Source: an uncultured archaeon (lineage in GTDB: Archaea; Asgardarchaeota; Lokiarchaeia; Sigyniarchaeales; SOKP01). Taken from it: a stretch of 64,000 nt of DNA. The notes under the pieces were generated by a model. It searched no databases. It was not told the DNA's origin and saw nothing but the letters and a program-made list of their open reading frames with translations. The stretch is taken from positions 265,811 to 329,810 of the forward strand of contig CAZALK010000002.1 in assembly GCA_964486045.1 (NCBI GenBank), written 5' to 3'. The stretch's first letter is position 1. Each line of letters starts with the position of its first letter. Shown here in pieces: positions 38,267-48,290 of the stretch. The translations under genes were made by a program, and so were the position numbers.

Positions 38267-41029
38267 ATGACTGAAATTGAGGATAAATCATCTGAGGAAA
38301 AAATTACAAGTAGTGCTTCATTAGAATTGCTTAAAAAAGTAAACTCTGCCGCAAATTATTGTTACTCTTGTAATCGTTGTAATAATGTTTGTCCAACAGC
38401 ATATCTTGATATTTTTTACCCTCGGAGTTTAATAATGGATCTAACTTTTTCGACACCGGAAGAATCTTTAGAGAAAAATGATATTTGGAAATGTCTTACT
38501 TGCGGTTTATGTTCAGTATACTGTCCTATGACTAAAGAGGAAATTGGAGTTAATTTTACAAAAATAATTAAAGATCTTCGGTCTTTAGCTTCAGAGTATC
38601 AACCACTACAAGAGGCATTACAAAGCTGTAATCACGAAAGAGTGTATTCAAGCTTGCCAAAATTAATGGCTGAGGATAAGATCAAATTTCCAAATAAAAC
38701 AGGATTTTTAGCAGGAACAGGATTAAAGACAACCAATATGGGAGAGATTGCCTATTTCATGGGGTGTGTGCCCTTTTTATCAGGTACAGCTCCTTGTGTG
38801 ATTGGATGTCCTGCGGGTGTTGATGTTCAAGGTTATGTGTCGTTAATTTCAGAAGGCAAGTTTCAAGAATCTATCGATCTTATTCGAGATAAAAATCCAT
38901 TACCTTATTTATGTGGAAGGATTTGTACTGCACAATGTGCATTAAATTGTAATCGTGAGTTTTTTGATGATCCTGTTGCTATCCGGGAACTTAAACGATT
39001 CGTATCTGATTGGGAAGTTGAACATCCTAATCAAAGTAGGATAAAGCCTGTACATCAAACCAAAGAAAAAGTAGCGATAATTGGAGCGGGTCCTGGTGGA
39101 TTATCAGCTGCTTATTTTCTTGCTCGAATGGGATATAAGCCCACGATTTTCGAAAAGGGCGACAAAACGGGTGGTGCGGTTAGATATGGTGTTCCACAAT
39201 ACAGAATTTCTGATAAAGCACTTGACCATGATGTTGATTTTATAAAAAAAATGGGAGTAGAGATTGTTTTAAACAAAGAATTTGGTCCAAGTTTCACATT
39301 GGAAGATATCTGGAAAGAAGGATTTAAGGCTGTCTTCATTGCTGTTGGTTTATATGTGCCAAAAACTTTAAGGCTTGAAGGGGAAGATTTACCTAATGTT
39401 CATGTAGCACTTGATTTCCTCTTAGACCGAAAATATAAATGCGTTGAAAACCCAGATGAATTCAAAGGGAAAACTTTTGGAATTATTGGCGGGGGAGCTG
39501 TAGCCGTCGATGTAGGTGAGACAGCTATAAGGTTAGGGGCAACTAAAGCTGATCTCGTAGACATACTTACCGAAGATGCTTTAAAGAATGTTCTCAAAGA
39601 CTTACATAAAGCTGAACGCGAGATAATGGAATTTCATTTTGAAACATCAACAGCGAACATCACGAAAGAATTTGATGGAAAATTAGCTTTAAATTGCTAT
39701 AAGATTGAATGGGGAGATCCAGATCCTGAAACAGGAAGAAGACCCTTAGACAAAGTTGAAGGATCAGAATTTAAAATTGTCGTTGATTATATTGTAATAG
39801 CTATTGGTCAAGGTCTTGATCCTGAGCCTATTAATGCTGCCACGGATAATAAATTAAAACTTGAAAGAGGTAAAATTGTAGTCGATAATTTAACTTATGA
39901 AACAGGCATTCCAGGCGTATTTGCTGGTGGAGATATTATTTATAATTCATTGATGTGCGCAGTTGATGCTATAGGGGATGGTCGAGAGACGGCTTTCACT
40001 ATTGACAGGTATCTGCGAGGACGAGATTTAAAAGAAGGAAGAATTGTGAAAGGTAATTTAAAACGTTCAACAATACCTAAAAAATATATCCAAACTAATT
40101 CATGTCAAGAAATGAATTTCATGCCTGGTGAGGAAAGACTTGTTTGTTTTGATGAAATGGAATTAGGTTTTACTGAAGAACAAGCCAAAAGAGAGGCAAA
40201 TAGATGTTTAAACTGTAATTGCTGCTGTAATTCTGACCAAATCCCTGAAGATTTTGAAAAAGCCTTAGACGCTTCAGGAATAATGATATCTAATTATGGA
40301 AGTCAAGATAATTGGAGCTCATTAAATGCCCCCGATTATTTACAAATCCCTAAAAGTGTAATTGGTATATTAAATCAGAACGATATTATACCAGTTGTCT
40401 TACCTGAAGAAAAATGCTGCGGTCACGATGCTGTATGGCGTGGGGATATTGAAACTTTTTATACTTTAGCAGAATATAATGTAAATCTATTTAAAGATGC
40501 AGGAGTCAAGACTCTTATCTTTAGCTGTGCTGAAGGCTATTATACGTGGAAACATGATTATAAAAATTTATTCAAAGGTAAAGAAGAGTTTAATTTTGAG
40601 ATCTATCACATTACTGAATATATCTTAAAGGAGAAACTATTAGAAGATATTTCATTTCCGAGTCTAAATAAAATTAAGGTAACATACCATGACCCCTGCA
40701 GACTTGGGAGGATGAGTAATGTTTTCGATGCACCCAGAGACGTGTTAAAGCAAATTCCAAATGTAGAAATGATTGAGATGGAAGATACTATGCAAGATGC
40801 GGAATGTTGTGGTGTATCCGCATACATATCTTGTAATGAAGATTCAAAAAAATTACAAGCGAAAAAAATACACCAAGCAATAGAAACAGGCGCTGAATAC
40901 CTAATTACCTCATGTCCTAAATGTATTGCTCACCTCAATTGTTATATCAATGAAAACAGAGAATTAAAAGATAAAATTAAGGTTATTGACATTGTAAGTT
41001 TTCTTGGGAAACTACTCTTTCTGATATAA
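38267..41029 (+). CDS. HdrD-like Fe-S/CCG oxidoreductase with an inserted GltD/NfnB-like FAD/NAD(P)H module
   Basis: Two CxxCxxCxxxCP; YFMGC; then TAPCVIGCP...CGRIC...GAGPGG...GGGAVA...FAGGD...EANRCLNC; then KCCGH...CAEG, HDPC...CCG...CPKC. Confidence 0.88.
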   Translation: MTEIEDKSSEEKITSSASLELLKKVNSAANYCYSCNRCNNVCPTAYLDIFYPRSLIMDLTFSTPEESLEKNDIWKCLTCGLCSVYCPMTKEEIGVNFTKIIKDLRSLASEYQPLQEALQSCNHERVYSSLPKLMAEDKIKFPNKTGFLAGTGLKTTNMGEIAYFMGCVPFLSGTAPCVIGCPAGVDVQGYVSLISEGKFQESIDLIRDKNPLPYLCGRICTAQCALNCNREFFDDPVAIRELKRFVSDWEVEHPNQSRIKPVHQTKEKVAIIGAGPGGLSAAYFLARMGYKPTIFEKGDKTGGAVRYGVPQYRISDKALDHDVDFIKKMGVEIVLNKEFGPSFTLEDIWKEGFKAVFIAVGLYVPKTLRLEGEDLPNVHVALDFLLDRKYKCVENPDEFKGKTFGIIGGGAVAVDVGETAIRLGATKADLVDILTEDALKNVLKDLHKAEREIMEFHFETSTANITKEFDGKLALNCYKIEWGDPDPETGRRPLDKVEGSEFKIVVDYIVIAIGQGLDPEPINAATDNKLKLERGKIVVDNLTYETGIPGVFAGGDIIYNSLMCAVDAIGDGRETAFTIDRYLRGRDLKEGRIVKGNLKRSTIPKKYIQTNSCQEMNFMPGEERLVCFDEMELGFTEEQAKREANRCLNCNCCCNSDQIPEDFEKALDASGIMISNYGSQDNWSSLNAPDYLQIPKSVIGILNQNDIIPVVLPEEKCCGHDAVWRGDIETFYTLAEYNVNLFKDAGVKTLIFSCAEGYYTWKHDYKNLFKGKEEFNFEIYHITEYILKEKLLEDISFPSLNKIKVTYHDPCRLGRMSNVFDAPRDVLKQIPNVEMIEMEDTMQDAECCGVSAYISCNEDSKKLQAKKIHQAIETGAEYLITSCPKCIAHLNCYINENRELKDKIKVIDIVSFLGKLLFLI

Positions 41030-41063
41030 TCTAAGCTAAAATTCTTTAAATTTTCTAATCCAA

Positions 41064-41123
41064 TAAACTTTTAGTGGTAAATTTAAGCTTTTATCAGTAA
41101 ATTTAAACTTTTGATGGTAAAAA
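41064..41123 (+). repeat. Three tandem imperfect 20-bp repeats
   Basis: TAAACTTTTAGTGGTAAATT / TAAGCTTTTATCAGTAAATT / TAAACTTTTGATGGTAAAAA. Confidence 0.8.
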
Positions 41124-41467
41124 CTTTCAATATTCTTTTTAAATACTTTTTCTTTGATATATAAAAGAAACCATCACGTTTTTGGTGTAAGGAAAAATCG
41201 AAATCGATCCTTAATATATTATTGAAGTGAATGTTATGAAATCGTATACTAAAATGAAAATTTCAGAGATTTTCTTATGAAAATTACCATTATTGAGACC
41301 AAATATATCTTACTATTTTACTTGTCTAAACCTTACTATTATTATACATAACAACAATTGATCAAATTCAATAAGAAGAAATTAAAAAGCTTAAATAAAA
41401 ACTTGTCCAACTATATTATAGCGAAATATATTAAAATTCTTCATAGCTTTTCAGTGATAATAGAATC

Positions 41468-42313
41468 ATGAAGAAACAAAGGGAAGAAAAGAGAGATTTT
41501 ATGGACTTAACTTGGTTAAATAGTCAGTATTATGAGTTGGGGAGATCTATTCAAGATATCGCGGATGATCAAGGCGTAAGTATGATAACAATCAGGAAGT
41601 GGGTCGATAAAATTGAAAAACCAATTTCAGACAAAAAAGACAAAAAGGAAGAAAAAATTGTAAAATTTTTTAATAAATCAATTAAAACATGCCCTCATTG
41701 TGGGCAAAAGTTAAACCTAAGAGCAAGTTTTTGCATTAGATGTGGAGAAAAAGTCGAAGACAATCAGGTACTTCCGTCAACTTCGGATAAAAAAGAAGAA
41801 ACACTGGTTTCAGACAGTCCCCAGATGAAATTTGCACAGAAACAATTGATTCCATCAATTTCAGACACAAAAGAAGAAAAAACCGTAGTAAAAATTCCGC
41901 TAATAAAAAATGAACAGGTACCAACTCGAAAAAAAACAAACTTAAAAAAACAGAGATTTTGTCCAAATTGTAATGCCATCATAGGCAGATATAGTGAAAT
42001 ATGTAAACAATGTGAATTTATACTAATAAAAAGATGTCCTTTATGTGGAGATTATTTCAGTCATGATAAACAGCATATCTGTAAAGAAACGAAAGGAACT
42101 AAAATTAAAGAGGTAAAAGATGAAAGGCAGGTAACAGAAGAATCTTTAACTGGAACTGAGGAAAAACGACCTGTTCAGCCTATTTTAGAAGCAATAGAGA
42201 AAAAATCTAAAGTAATTCAACGTTTTTGTAAATTCTGTGAATTGAAATTAAATAAAAAGGCAACATTTTGTCCGCAATGTGGGACAAGAGTAAAACAAAG
42301 TAAATTATTTTGA
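41468..42313 (+). CDS. HTH plus multiple zinc-ribbon protein
   Basis: SIQDIADDQGVSMITIRKW helix-turn-helix; CPHC/CIRC, CPNC/CKQC, CPLC..H.C and CKFC/CPQC. Confidence 0.8.
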   Translation: MKKQREEKRDFMDLTWLNSQYYELGRSIQDIADDQGVSMITIRKWVDKIEKPISDKKDKKEEKIVKFFNKSIKTCPHCGQKLNLRASFCIRCGEKVEDNQVLPSTSDKKEETLVSDSPQMKFAQKQLIPSISDTKEEKTVVKIPLIKNEQVPTRKKTNLKKQRFCPNCNAIIGRYSEICKQCEFILIKRCPLCGDYFSHDKQHICKETKGTKIKEVKDERQVTEESLTGTEEKRPVQPILEAIEKKSKVIQRFCKFCELKLNKKATFCPQCGTRVKQSKLF

Positions 42314-42482
42314 AATTTTTCTTTAATATTTTTTCTTATCTTTTTTGGTCATTCAGAATCTGCCTAATTTAAAGAGAGATATTTTTAGAGTTAACAAGAA
42401 AATAAATAAATACTGGAATATTGAAAATAAATATTGAGTTAATATATTTTAAAATTCAACCACACAATTAATTGTGAAAAAC

Positions 42483-44408
42483 ATGAGTAAAACTAAGGAA
42501 ATACCAGTTCCTGATGAAGTTAAAGGATTTACGCAAGTAAGACTTGATGTGGATCTCACTAATGGAAAAATTGGAAAAACTAAACTATCTAATGAATTCT
42601 GTCGCGACTGGATTGGGGGATATGGATTCGGTGCTAAAGTACTTTGGGATGAATGTCCAGCTGGAGTTGACCCCTTAAGCCCAGAAAATGTATTTGTGTA
42701 CGCACAAGGTCCATTTCCGGGAACCATCCTTCCTACAAGTTCTAAATATGGTGTATTTGCGAAATCTCCGTTAACTGGTATGTTTGGGATGGCAATCTCT
42801 TCTGGATCTGTCGGTGCTCAAGCTCGACGCGCTGGAATCAATATGATTGTGATTAAAGGAAAAGCTCCAGAACCTGTTTACTTGGTTGTCGACGACGATG
42901 ATTATTATCTCGTTCCTTGTAAAGATAGTGTTTGGGGAAAAGGTTGTTGGGAGACGGAAGAACTTTTAAGAGAAGAATTTCAAGATCAACGACTAGGAAT
43001 AATGACTATAGGGCCAGGAGGAGAACGTGGTGGGTTTATGGGATGTATCACTAATGATCGCAATAGACAGGCTGGAAGAACTGGAATGGGTGCCGTAATG
43101 GGATCCAAAAACCTTAAAGCAATATGTTTTAGAGGTACTAAAGGTATTAGTGTTGCTCATCCTGTTGAGTTCTTCAAACTTGCTAAAAAACTAATAAAAG
43201 TCGCAAATGGTCCTGCTACAGCAAAATATCGTGATTTAGGCACTCCTGCAGGCATTACAAGTTATAATAAGTTAGGGATGATGCCAATATTTAATCATCG
43301 TGAAGGTACCTGGGATAAGATTGATGATGGAACTTTTACAGGTGATATACTTAATCAAGACTGGGTAGTTAAAAAGGTTGCTTGTTCACAATGCTCGATA
43401 GGCTGTGATCACATTACTAAGGTACCAAAAGACCATCCGAATTGGCCTAATCTCTATTCAAGTATTGATCAAGAATTATGTTATAGCTTTGGAACTGCAT
43501 GCGGTAATTATGATTGGCCAAGTGTTTTCAAATGTGTCTCACTTGCTGATGATTTGGGTATTGATGCTATAAGTGGAGGGGCCACAGCTGCCATGGCTTG
43601 TGAGTGCTTCGAGGAAGGTATTATCACTAAGAAAGATTTAGGATATGAACTACCTTTTGGCTCTACTATCAATCTAGTAAGATTTACTGAGGAAATGGCT
43701 CTAGGTAAAGGCTTTGCGGGTAAGATTTTTGGAGATGGAACAAGAGTAGCAGGAAAACGATTAGAAGAAATGGGTAGAAAAAATGCAAGCTATTATGCCA
43801 TGCATGTAAAAGGTTTAGAAATACCTGCTTTTGATGTACATGGAATGAGTTCATTCGCAGTTGGAATGAGCGTTTCTATTCGTGGTGCATGCCACTTGCG
43901 TAATGGTTCTTACGGTCTTGATGCTAAAGGTAAATTTGACAGATTTGGTTACGATAAACCAGTTGAAAGAGGGGAAGCAATAAAAGTATTAGAAGATATC
44001 TATGGGATAATTGATTCTTATATCGTTTGCAAATTTACTCGGGGAATTTACGAAAATGATGCTGAAATGGCTAAAGTTTTCGAACTTGTTACTGGAATCC
44101 CTGTAACTGAGAAATTCATACAACATCGAGGAGAAGCGATAGTAAACCTTTCAAAATGCTTTAATATTCGAGAAGGATGGAAACGAGAAGACGATCATCC
44201 TCCAGAAAGATTTTTCAAGCAACCTCATACAAGAGGTCCTGCAAAAGGCGTTGTTTTGAAGGAAGATGGATATCAAGAGGTGCTAAGTGGTTATTTTGAA
44301 GCTCGTGGATGGGATACTAAAACAGGAATTCCAACTGATGAGAAGTTAAAATCGCTTGGATTAGACTTTGTTGTTGGTAAATTACAACCTGCTGGAGGGA
44401 AGAAATAA
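42483..44408 (+). CDS. aor: Aldehyde:ferredoxin oxidoreductase family, large subunit
   Basis: AKSPLT, AGRTGMGAVMGSKNLKA, CSQCSIGC, HVKGLE, GACH and RGWD; alternative GTG start at 42474. Confidence 0.93.
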   Translation: MSKTKEIPVPDEVKGFTQVRLDVDLTNGKIGKTKLSNEFCRDWIGGYGFGAKVLWDECPAGVDPLSPENVFVYAQGPFPGTILPTSSKYGVFAKSPLTGMFGMAISSGSVGAQARRAGINMIVIKGKAPEPVYLVVDDDDYYLVPCKDSVWGKGCWETEELLREEFQDQRLGIMTIGPGGERGGFMGCITNDRNRQAGRTGMGAVMGSKNLKAICFRGTKGISVAHPVEFFKLAKKLIKVANGPATAKYRDLGTPAGITSYNKLGMMPIFNHREGTWDKIDDGTFTGDILNQDWVVKKVACSQCSIGCDHITKVPKDHPNWPNLYSSIDQELCYSFGTACGNYDWPSVFKCVSLADDLGIDAISGGATAAMACECFEEGIITKKDLGYELPFGSTINLVRFTEEMALGKGFAGKIFGDGTRVAGKRLEEMGRKNASYYAMHVKGLEIPAFDVHGMSSFAVGMSVSIRGACHLRNGSYGLDAKGKFDRFGYDKPVERGEAIKVLEDIYGIIDSYIVCKFTRGIYENDAEMAKVFELVTGIPVTEKFIQHRGEAIVNLSKCFNIREGWKREDDHPPERFFKQPHTRGPAKGVVLKEDGYQEVLSGYFEARGWDTKTGIPTDEKLKSLGLDFVVGKLQPAGGKK

Positions 44409-44411
44409 GAA

Positions 44412-44966
44412 ATGTCAAAAACTACCAAAAAGAGAGGCGGAGTTATTCATCAGTTTATTATTGTTGACCCTAATTTATGCAGTGGATGCGAAACATGCGA
44501 ATCTGTATGCTCTTTTGTGCATGACGGAGAATTTAATCCAATAAATACAAGAATTCACAGAGTAAGAATTGAACCAGTTTTAAATGTCGCATTAGCGTGT
44601 CAGAAGTGTGATGATGCGCCATGCGTTCGTAGTTGTCCTGAAAAGGCTTTGGAACAAGATAAAGAAACAGGTTCTATTATTGTAGATGATGATAAGTGTA
44701 ACGGATGTGCTTTTTGTATTCGTGCGTGCGACTTTGGCGTTCTCAACTTACATATACAATCTCAAAAGGCGCTTATTTGTGATCTATGCATTACCATGAG
44801 AGATGACTATATCAATCCTGAAAGAGGAGAAAAATATCCCGCATGCATTGATCTCTGTCCAAAAGAAGCGATTTCATTGAAAGACGTAGAACAAATCGGT
44901 GAAGAGAAGCGGATCGATGCTGTCAAACGGCTTTTTGGTGAAATTCTTTCAGAATCCGAAGGATAA
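44412..44966 (+). CDS. 4x[4Fe-4S] ferredoxin-like partner subunit of AOR
   Basis: CSGCETCESVC, CQKCDDAPC...CP, CNGCAFCIRAC and CDLC...CIDLCP. Confidence 0.92.
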   Translation: MSKTTKKRGGVIHQFIIVDPNLCSGCETCESVCSFVHDGEFNPINTRIHRVRIEPVLNVALACQKCDDAPCVRSCPEKALEQDKETGSIIVDDDKCNGCAFCIRACDFGVLNLHIQSQKALICDLCITMRDDYINPERGEKYPACIDLCPKEAISLKDVEQIGEEKRIDAVKRLFGEILSESEG

Positions 44967-44991
44967 ATCTTACTTTTTTTTATATTCTTTT
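44912..44991 (+). repeat. Left 80-bp direct repeat (ferredoxin gene 3' end plus T-tract)
   Basis: Identical to 48291..48370; extends to 85 bp with one mismatch. Confidence 0.97.
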
Positions 44992-45758
44992 TTTTCTAAC
45001 TCTTTAATTAATTTTACTATCTTTTTTTCTCCATTAATGCTTAGATAGCATACTCCACTTTTACGGTAGATTAACCTTTTATTCTCCAAGTTATAAAGTG
45101 AGGTTGTTATATTTGCTTTTGAATGAAGTTTAATCATCTCTTTTATTTTATCGATCTCACATCTTCTATCTACGGAAAAGTATAATAAACTTAATATTTC
45201 ATTAGCAGCAGATAGAGAGGCTAATACCAAAATGTCGCCTTCAAATCTCTGAATATGCGGTGTTGGAATTTCAATAATTTCATCAATCAGTGAATTACTA
45301 TCCACTAAGCTCATATTTGAATAAATACGGATCATTTCAGCTAAGGACCACTTGGATATACTTATTACATAATAGGCATCAATCTTATTAGATATAAAAT
45401 CATTTGAATGTGCACCATCACGAGAATTTCGAAACTTATAAGCAATTTTAAGTGAATCAGCGACAAGTGATTTTACGGATGGTTGAATTTTTTGAAGTGT
45501 TATTGCAGTTTTAAGTCTTTTTCTAATTTTCGTAAGATTTGGTTTAGAAGCGATGCTTTGCCTAGCAGCAAAGTCTAAAACTTGGTAAAAATCTTCAATA
45601 AATTTGCCACATTTTACAAGAACTATTTCGTAATTATTTAAAAGAAATTCAGAGACCATTTCTTCATATTTATCTACTAACTTATCTACTTGGTTGATGT
45701 TAGCAACAGATTTTAAAATTTTGTTTATTTGTCCTTTTTTTTCCTTTGCAGAAATCAT
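44970..45758 (-). CDS. HEPN (Abi_C-like) nuclease domain fused to a C-terminal winged helix
   Basis: KCGKFIE...YKFRNSRDGAH (Rx6H)...DAYY...KWSLAEMIR; C-terminal ILSLLY...LYNLENKRLIY...YLSING. Confidence 0.7.
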   Translation of the reverse strand: MISAKEKKGQINKILKSVANINQVDKLVDKYEEMVSEFLLNNYEIVLVKCGKFIEDFYQVLDFAARQSIASKPNLTKIRKRLKTAITLQKIQPSVKSLVADSLKIAYKFRNSRDGAHSNDFISNKIDAYYVISISKWSLAEMIRIYSNMSLVDSNSLIDEIIEIPTPHIQRFEGDILVLASLSAANEILSLLYFSVDRRCEIDKIKEMIKLHSKANITTSLYNLENKRLIYRKSGVCYLSINGEKKIVKLIKELEKKEYKKK

Positions 45759-45761
45759 TTC

Positions 45762-46244
45762 TTATAGTTGTCCTTTCTTTTTAATTAGTTCTTCAGCATT
45801 TAGGATCCCAGTTTTTGTGATCTCGAACCCTTTTTTATTATCAATTTCAGAAGAGCTTCTTAGTAATCCTCTTCTTATAAGGTTATTCAATGTATCTGAC
45901 ATATTTTTAGGTTTAACTGCTCTTGTTTTATTGAATCTATCTTTAATGTGATCAACATTAAAATTTGTAATATTCTCAAATTTAAATAAGTAGTAACTTA
46001 TTATTAAAGCCGTATCAGAATATGTACCAGGTCTAATTCCTGCAATTAATTCCGATAATGTTAAGGGTGTCTCTTGCTGAATTTCATTGATAATTTTTGG
46101 TAAGTGTCTAGTATTTTGAAGTAAATAAGATAAAACAACCTTAAAAGCCTCTAATTTATATTGATTATCAATTTTATCAACAATGCTAATTGCAAATTCG
46201 ATCTTTTCTTTCAATTTTTTTTCAAGTTCATTCATATCTATCAC
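45762..46244 (-). CDS. Helical N-domain plus winged-helix protein
   Basis: YYL...KPKNMSDTLNNLIRRGLL...FEITKTG. Confidence 0.7.
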   Translation of the reverse strand: MIDMNELEKKLKEKIEFAISIVDKIDNQYKLEAFKVVLSYLLQNTRHLPKIINEIQQETPLTLSELIAGIRPGTYSDTALIISYYLFKFENITNFNVDHIKDRFNKTRAVKPKNMSDTLNNLIRRGLLRSSSEIDNKKGFEITKTGILNAEELIKKKGQL

Positions 46245-46256
46245 ATAATAATAATT

Positions 46257-46847
46257 TTAAATCTCTTCTAAGATTGTTTTTAAATAATCTGGTGCACAAT
46301 ATATATTGACTCTATACTCTCCACGTTCGACTCTTTTTAATTTATCTTCCTTGACTAAGTCAGATAACCTTGAGCGAACTTGTTGGATTTCTAAATTCAA
46401 TTTTTCAGATATATATTCAGCTGTCACGGTATCTTCCTTTATTAGATTTTCTTCAAATAAAAGCATTTTTTCAAGAGAAGAAATATAAATTTGTTCAACA
46501 TTTTTTAAATCTTTTAATCTAATTTTATAAATCAAGTCTCCTTCCCTACTAAATTTAAAGAATTTGCTAGCTAACATTTTAGTTTTAGAAATAAAACTAG
46601 AAAAATCTTCGAAAAGAATTGAATTTTTAATATCATCTGGATTACTAATATTTTCATTTCTTTCATTATGATCTATTACTTTTAATTTGGGTTTAGGTTC
46701 ATGAAAATTATTGTTTTGTAATAATTCTCTTTTTTCATCTATGAAGTTTAAAAATTTATCTAAAAAACTAAAAAAATCACCCTCTTTAATAGAATCTTCA
46801 ACTTCTAAATTAAATCCGATATAACTAAAATTTATTTTAAAATTGAT
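46257..46847 (-). CDS. Winged-helix protein, probably ~196 aa from a non-ATG (ATC) start; paralog of 46853..47476
   Basis: Frame stays open to 46859; GAGGTG 8 nt before ATC at 46847; N-terminus INFKINFSYIGFNLEVEDSIKEGDFFSFLDKFLNFI; C-terminal VRSRLSDLVKEDKLKRVERGEY. Confidence 0.65.
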   Translation of the reverse strand: MNFKINFSYIGFNLEVEDSIKEGDFFSFLDKFLNFIDEKRELLQNNNFHEPKPKLKVIDHNERNENISNPDDIKNSILFEDFSSFISKTKMLASKFFKFSREGDLIYKIRLKDLKNVEQIYISSLEKMLLFEENLIKEDTVTAEYISEKLNLEIQQVRSRLSDLVKEDKLKRVERGEYRVNIYCAPDYLKTILEEI

Positions 46848-46852
46848 AGTAT

Positions 46853-47476
46853 TTACACCTCAACAAGTTCGCTCAATTGCTTCAAACATTTCCTAGCTTC
46901 CAAAATCCCTTGCTGAGTAATTCTATAAGTTTTACCATCAATTTTTACAAATTTAGTATAATTTCCTCTAAACGCTTTTGATAAAGAAGTCGGATCGATG
47001 TTTGATTTTGTTAAAATCGGTGTGAGGATTTTTGAGGAAACTTTATCCTCATTATTGATTAAATTATTTTCATAAAGGAGCACTAAAATTGCTATTCGTT
47101 GTTGCTCCGTTCTTGTATCCTTTTCTATTGGTATTAAAATTGGGGGAATTTTTGTTTCAGCTCCAAAATCAAAGATCATTTGAATTTTATCAGGTGAAAT
47201 TCTTGAATCTTTTGCGAGTAGAAAAATCTCATCAGAAGTTTTATCACTTTGAATATTTATTGAATTGGTTAATTTCCCAATTCTCTTTCTATAAATTTCA
47301 TCATGTGCTAAACGAGGTATTTGTGATTCCATCTCTTTCATAGAAATAATACTTTCATTAGATGAAATGAATTCTATTATTCTCTCGAAAAACTCAAATA
47401 TATCACCGTCGTACTCAAAATTTTCTACTTCAATAAGTACTCCTTTTACATTCAATTTTATCTTTATATTTGTCAA
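46853..47476 (-). CDS. Small N-domain, linker and winged-helix protein
   Basis: IKIKLNVKGVLIEVEN...; C-terminal LVLLY...SLSKAF...YRITQQG. Confidence 0.7.
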   Translation of the reverse strand: MTNIKIKLNVKGVLIEVENFEYDGDIFEFFERIIEFISSNESIISMKEMESQIPRLAHDEIYRKRIGKLTNSINIQSDKTSDEIFLLAKDSRISPDKIQMIFDFGAETKIPPILIPIEKDTRTEQQRIAILVLLYENNLINNEDKVSSKILTPILTKSNIDPTSLSKAFRGNYTKFVKIDGKTYRITQQGILEARKCLKQLSELVEV

Positions 47477-48290
47477 AATTCTAACCTTAATGTGTTTATC
47501 AATATTTTTAAAGAAAAATCAAATTTAAAGTTTTGTAAAAAACATTTAGATGATTTTTTTTTTGCTTCGTTTATTCTTTTAAATAGGGAATTCGATGTCT
47601 TTTTTAATAAAATAAACAAGAGTTCATCAATTTCTACATATTCAACGGTATTATGTACATATTATATTCGGATTTATTTTATAGTGTTAATATTAATTAG
47701 TTAATATATAGGTTGTAGATTTATGTTTAAATTCATTTATAAATAAAACCATTTTTTTTAATAAAAATACAATAGTTTTTATATATTCAATATTCCTTTA
47801 TTTGAGATTAATAAGACTGAATTATCCCTTACAATTATTTGGTTAAGTTTGCAAACAGTTTCTTAGGACAGATTTAACTATGATTTTGGTTTTTACTAGA
47901 ATGAAGGGAAAGTGATAACTCGATTTATAAGAAAAAACGAATCAATATCTACTTGTGAGTAGATGTGTATTATTATCTCAAATCTATGTTATTGCTAAAT
48001 ACTAACAAACATACTTTTTATTTGAAATTATCTATTCGTTTTACAGAAATTATGATGAATCAAGATTCGTATAATATTATTTTAAAATTTTTAATTGCTT
48101 TTGGTAGATAATAAAAGATCTCAAATAATTTAAAAAGGAGAAGTGGACTAGTTCTATTAAGTTTTTTCGAGTTTATCTAAAAAAACTGAAGATTAACTAT
48201 TTGCTTTTTTTTGTTTGATTTTTTTATTTGAATTTTTCAGTTGATTGGGTTGAATTCTCCATCACTGACAAATAACGAACAGATTAAGCA

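Noticed and set aside
41064-41123. Possible CRISPR array
   Set aside because: Units are contiguous 20-mers without spacers, and there are no cas genes; no CRISPR array seen anywhere in the window
44970-47476. Winged-helix cluster as ESCRT-II (Vps22/25/36)
   Set aside because: Each protein appears to have a single wHTH, one has a HEPN motif, there are no Vps4/ESCRT-III neighbours, and the block is an AT-rich insertion
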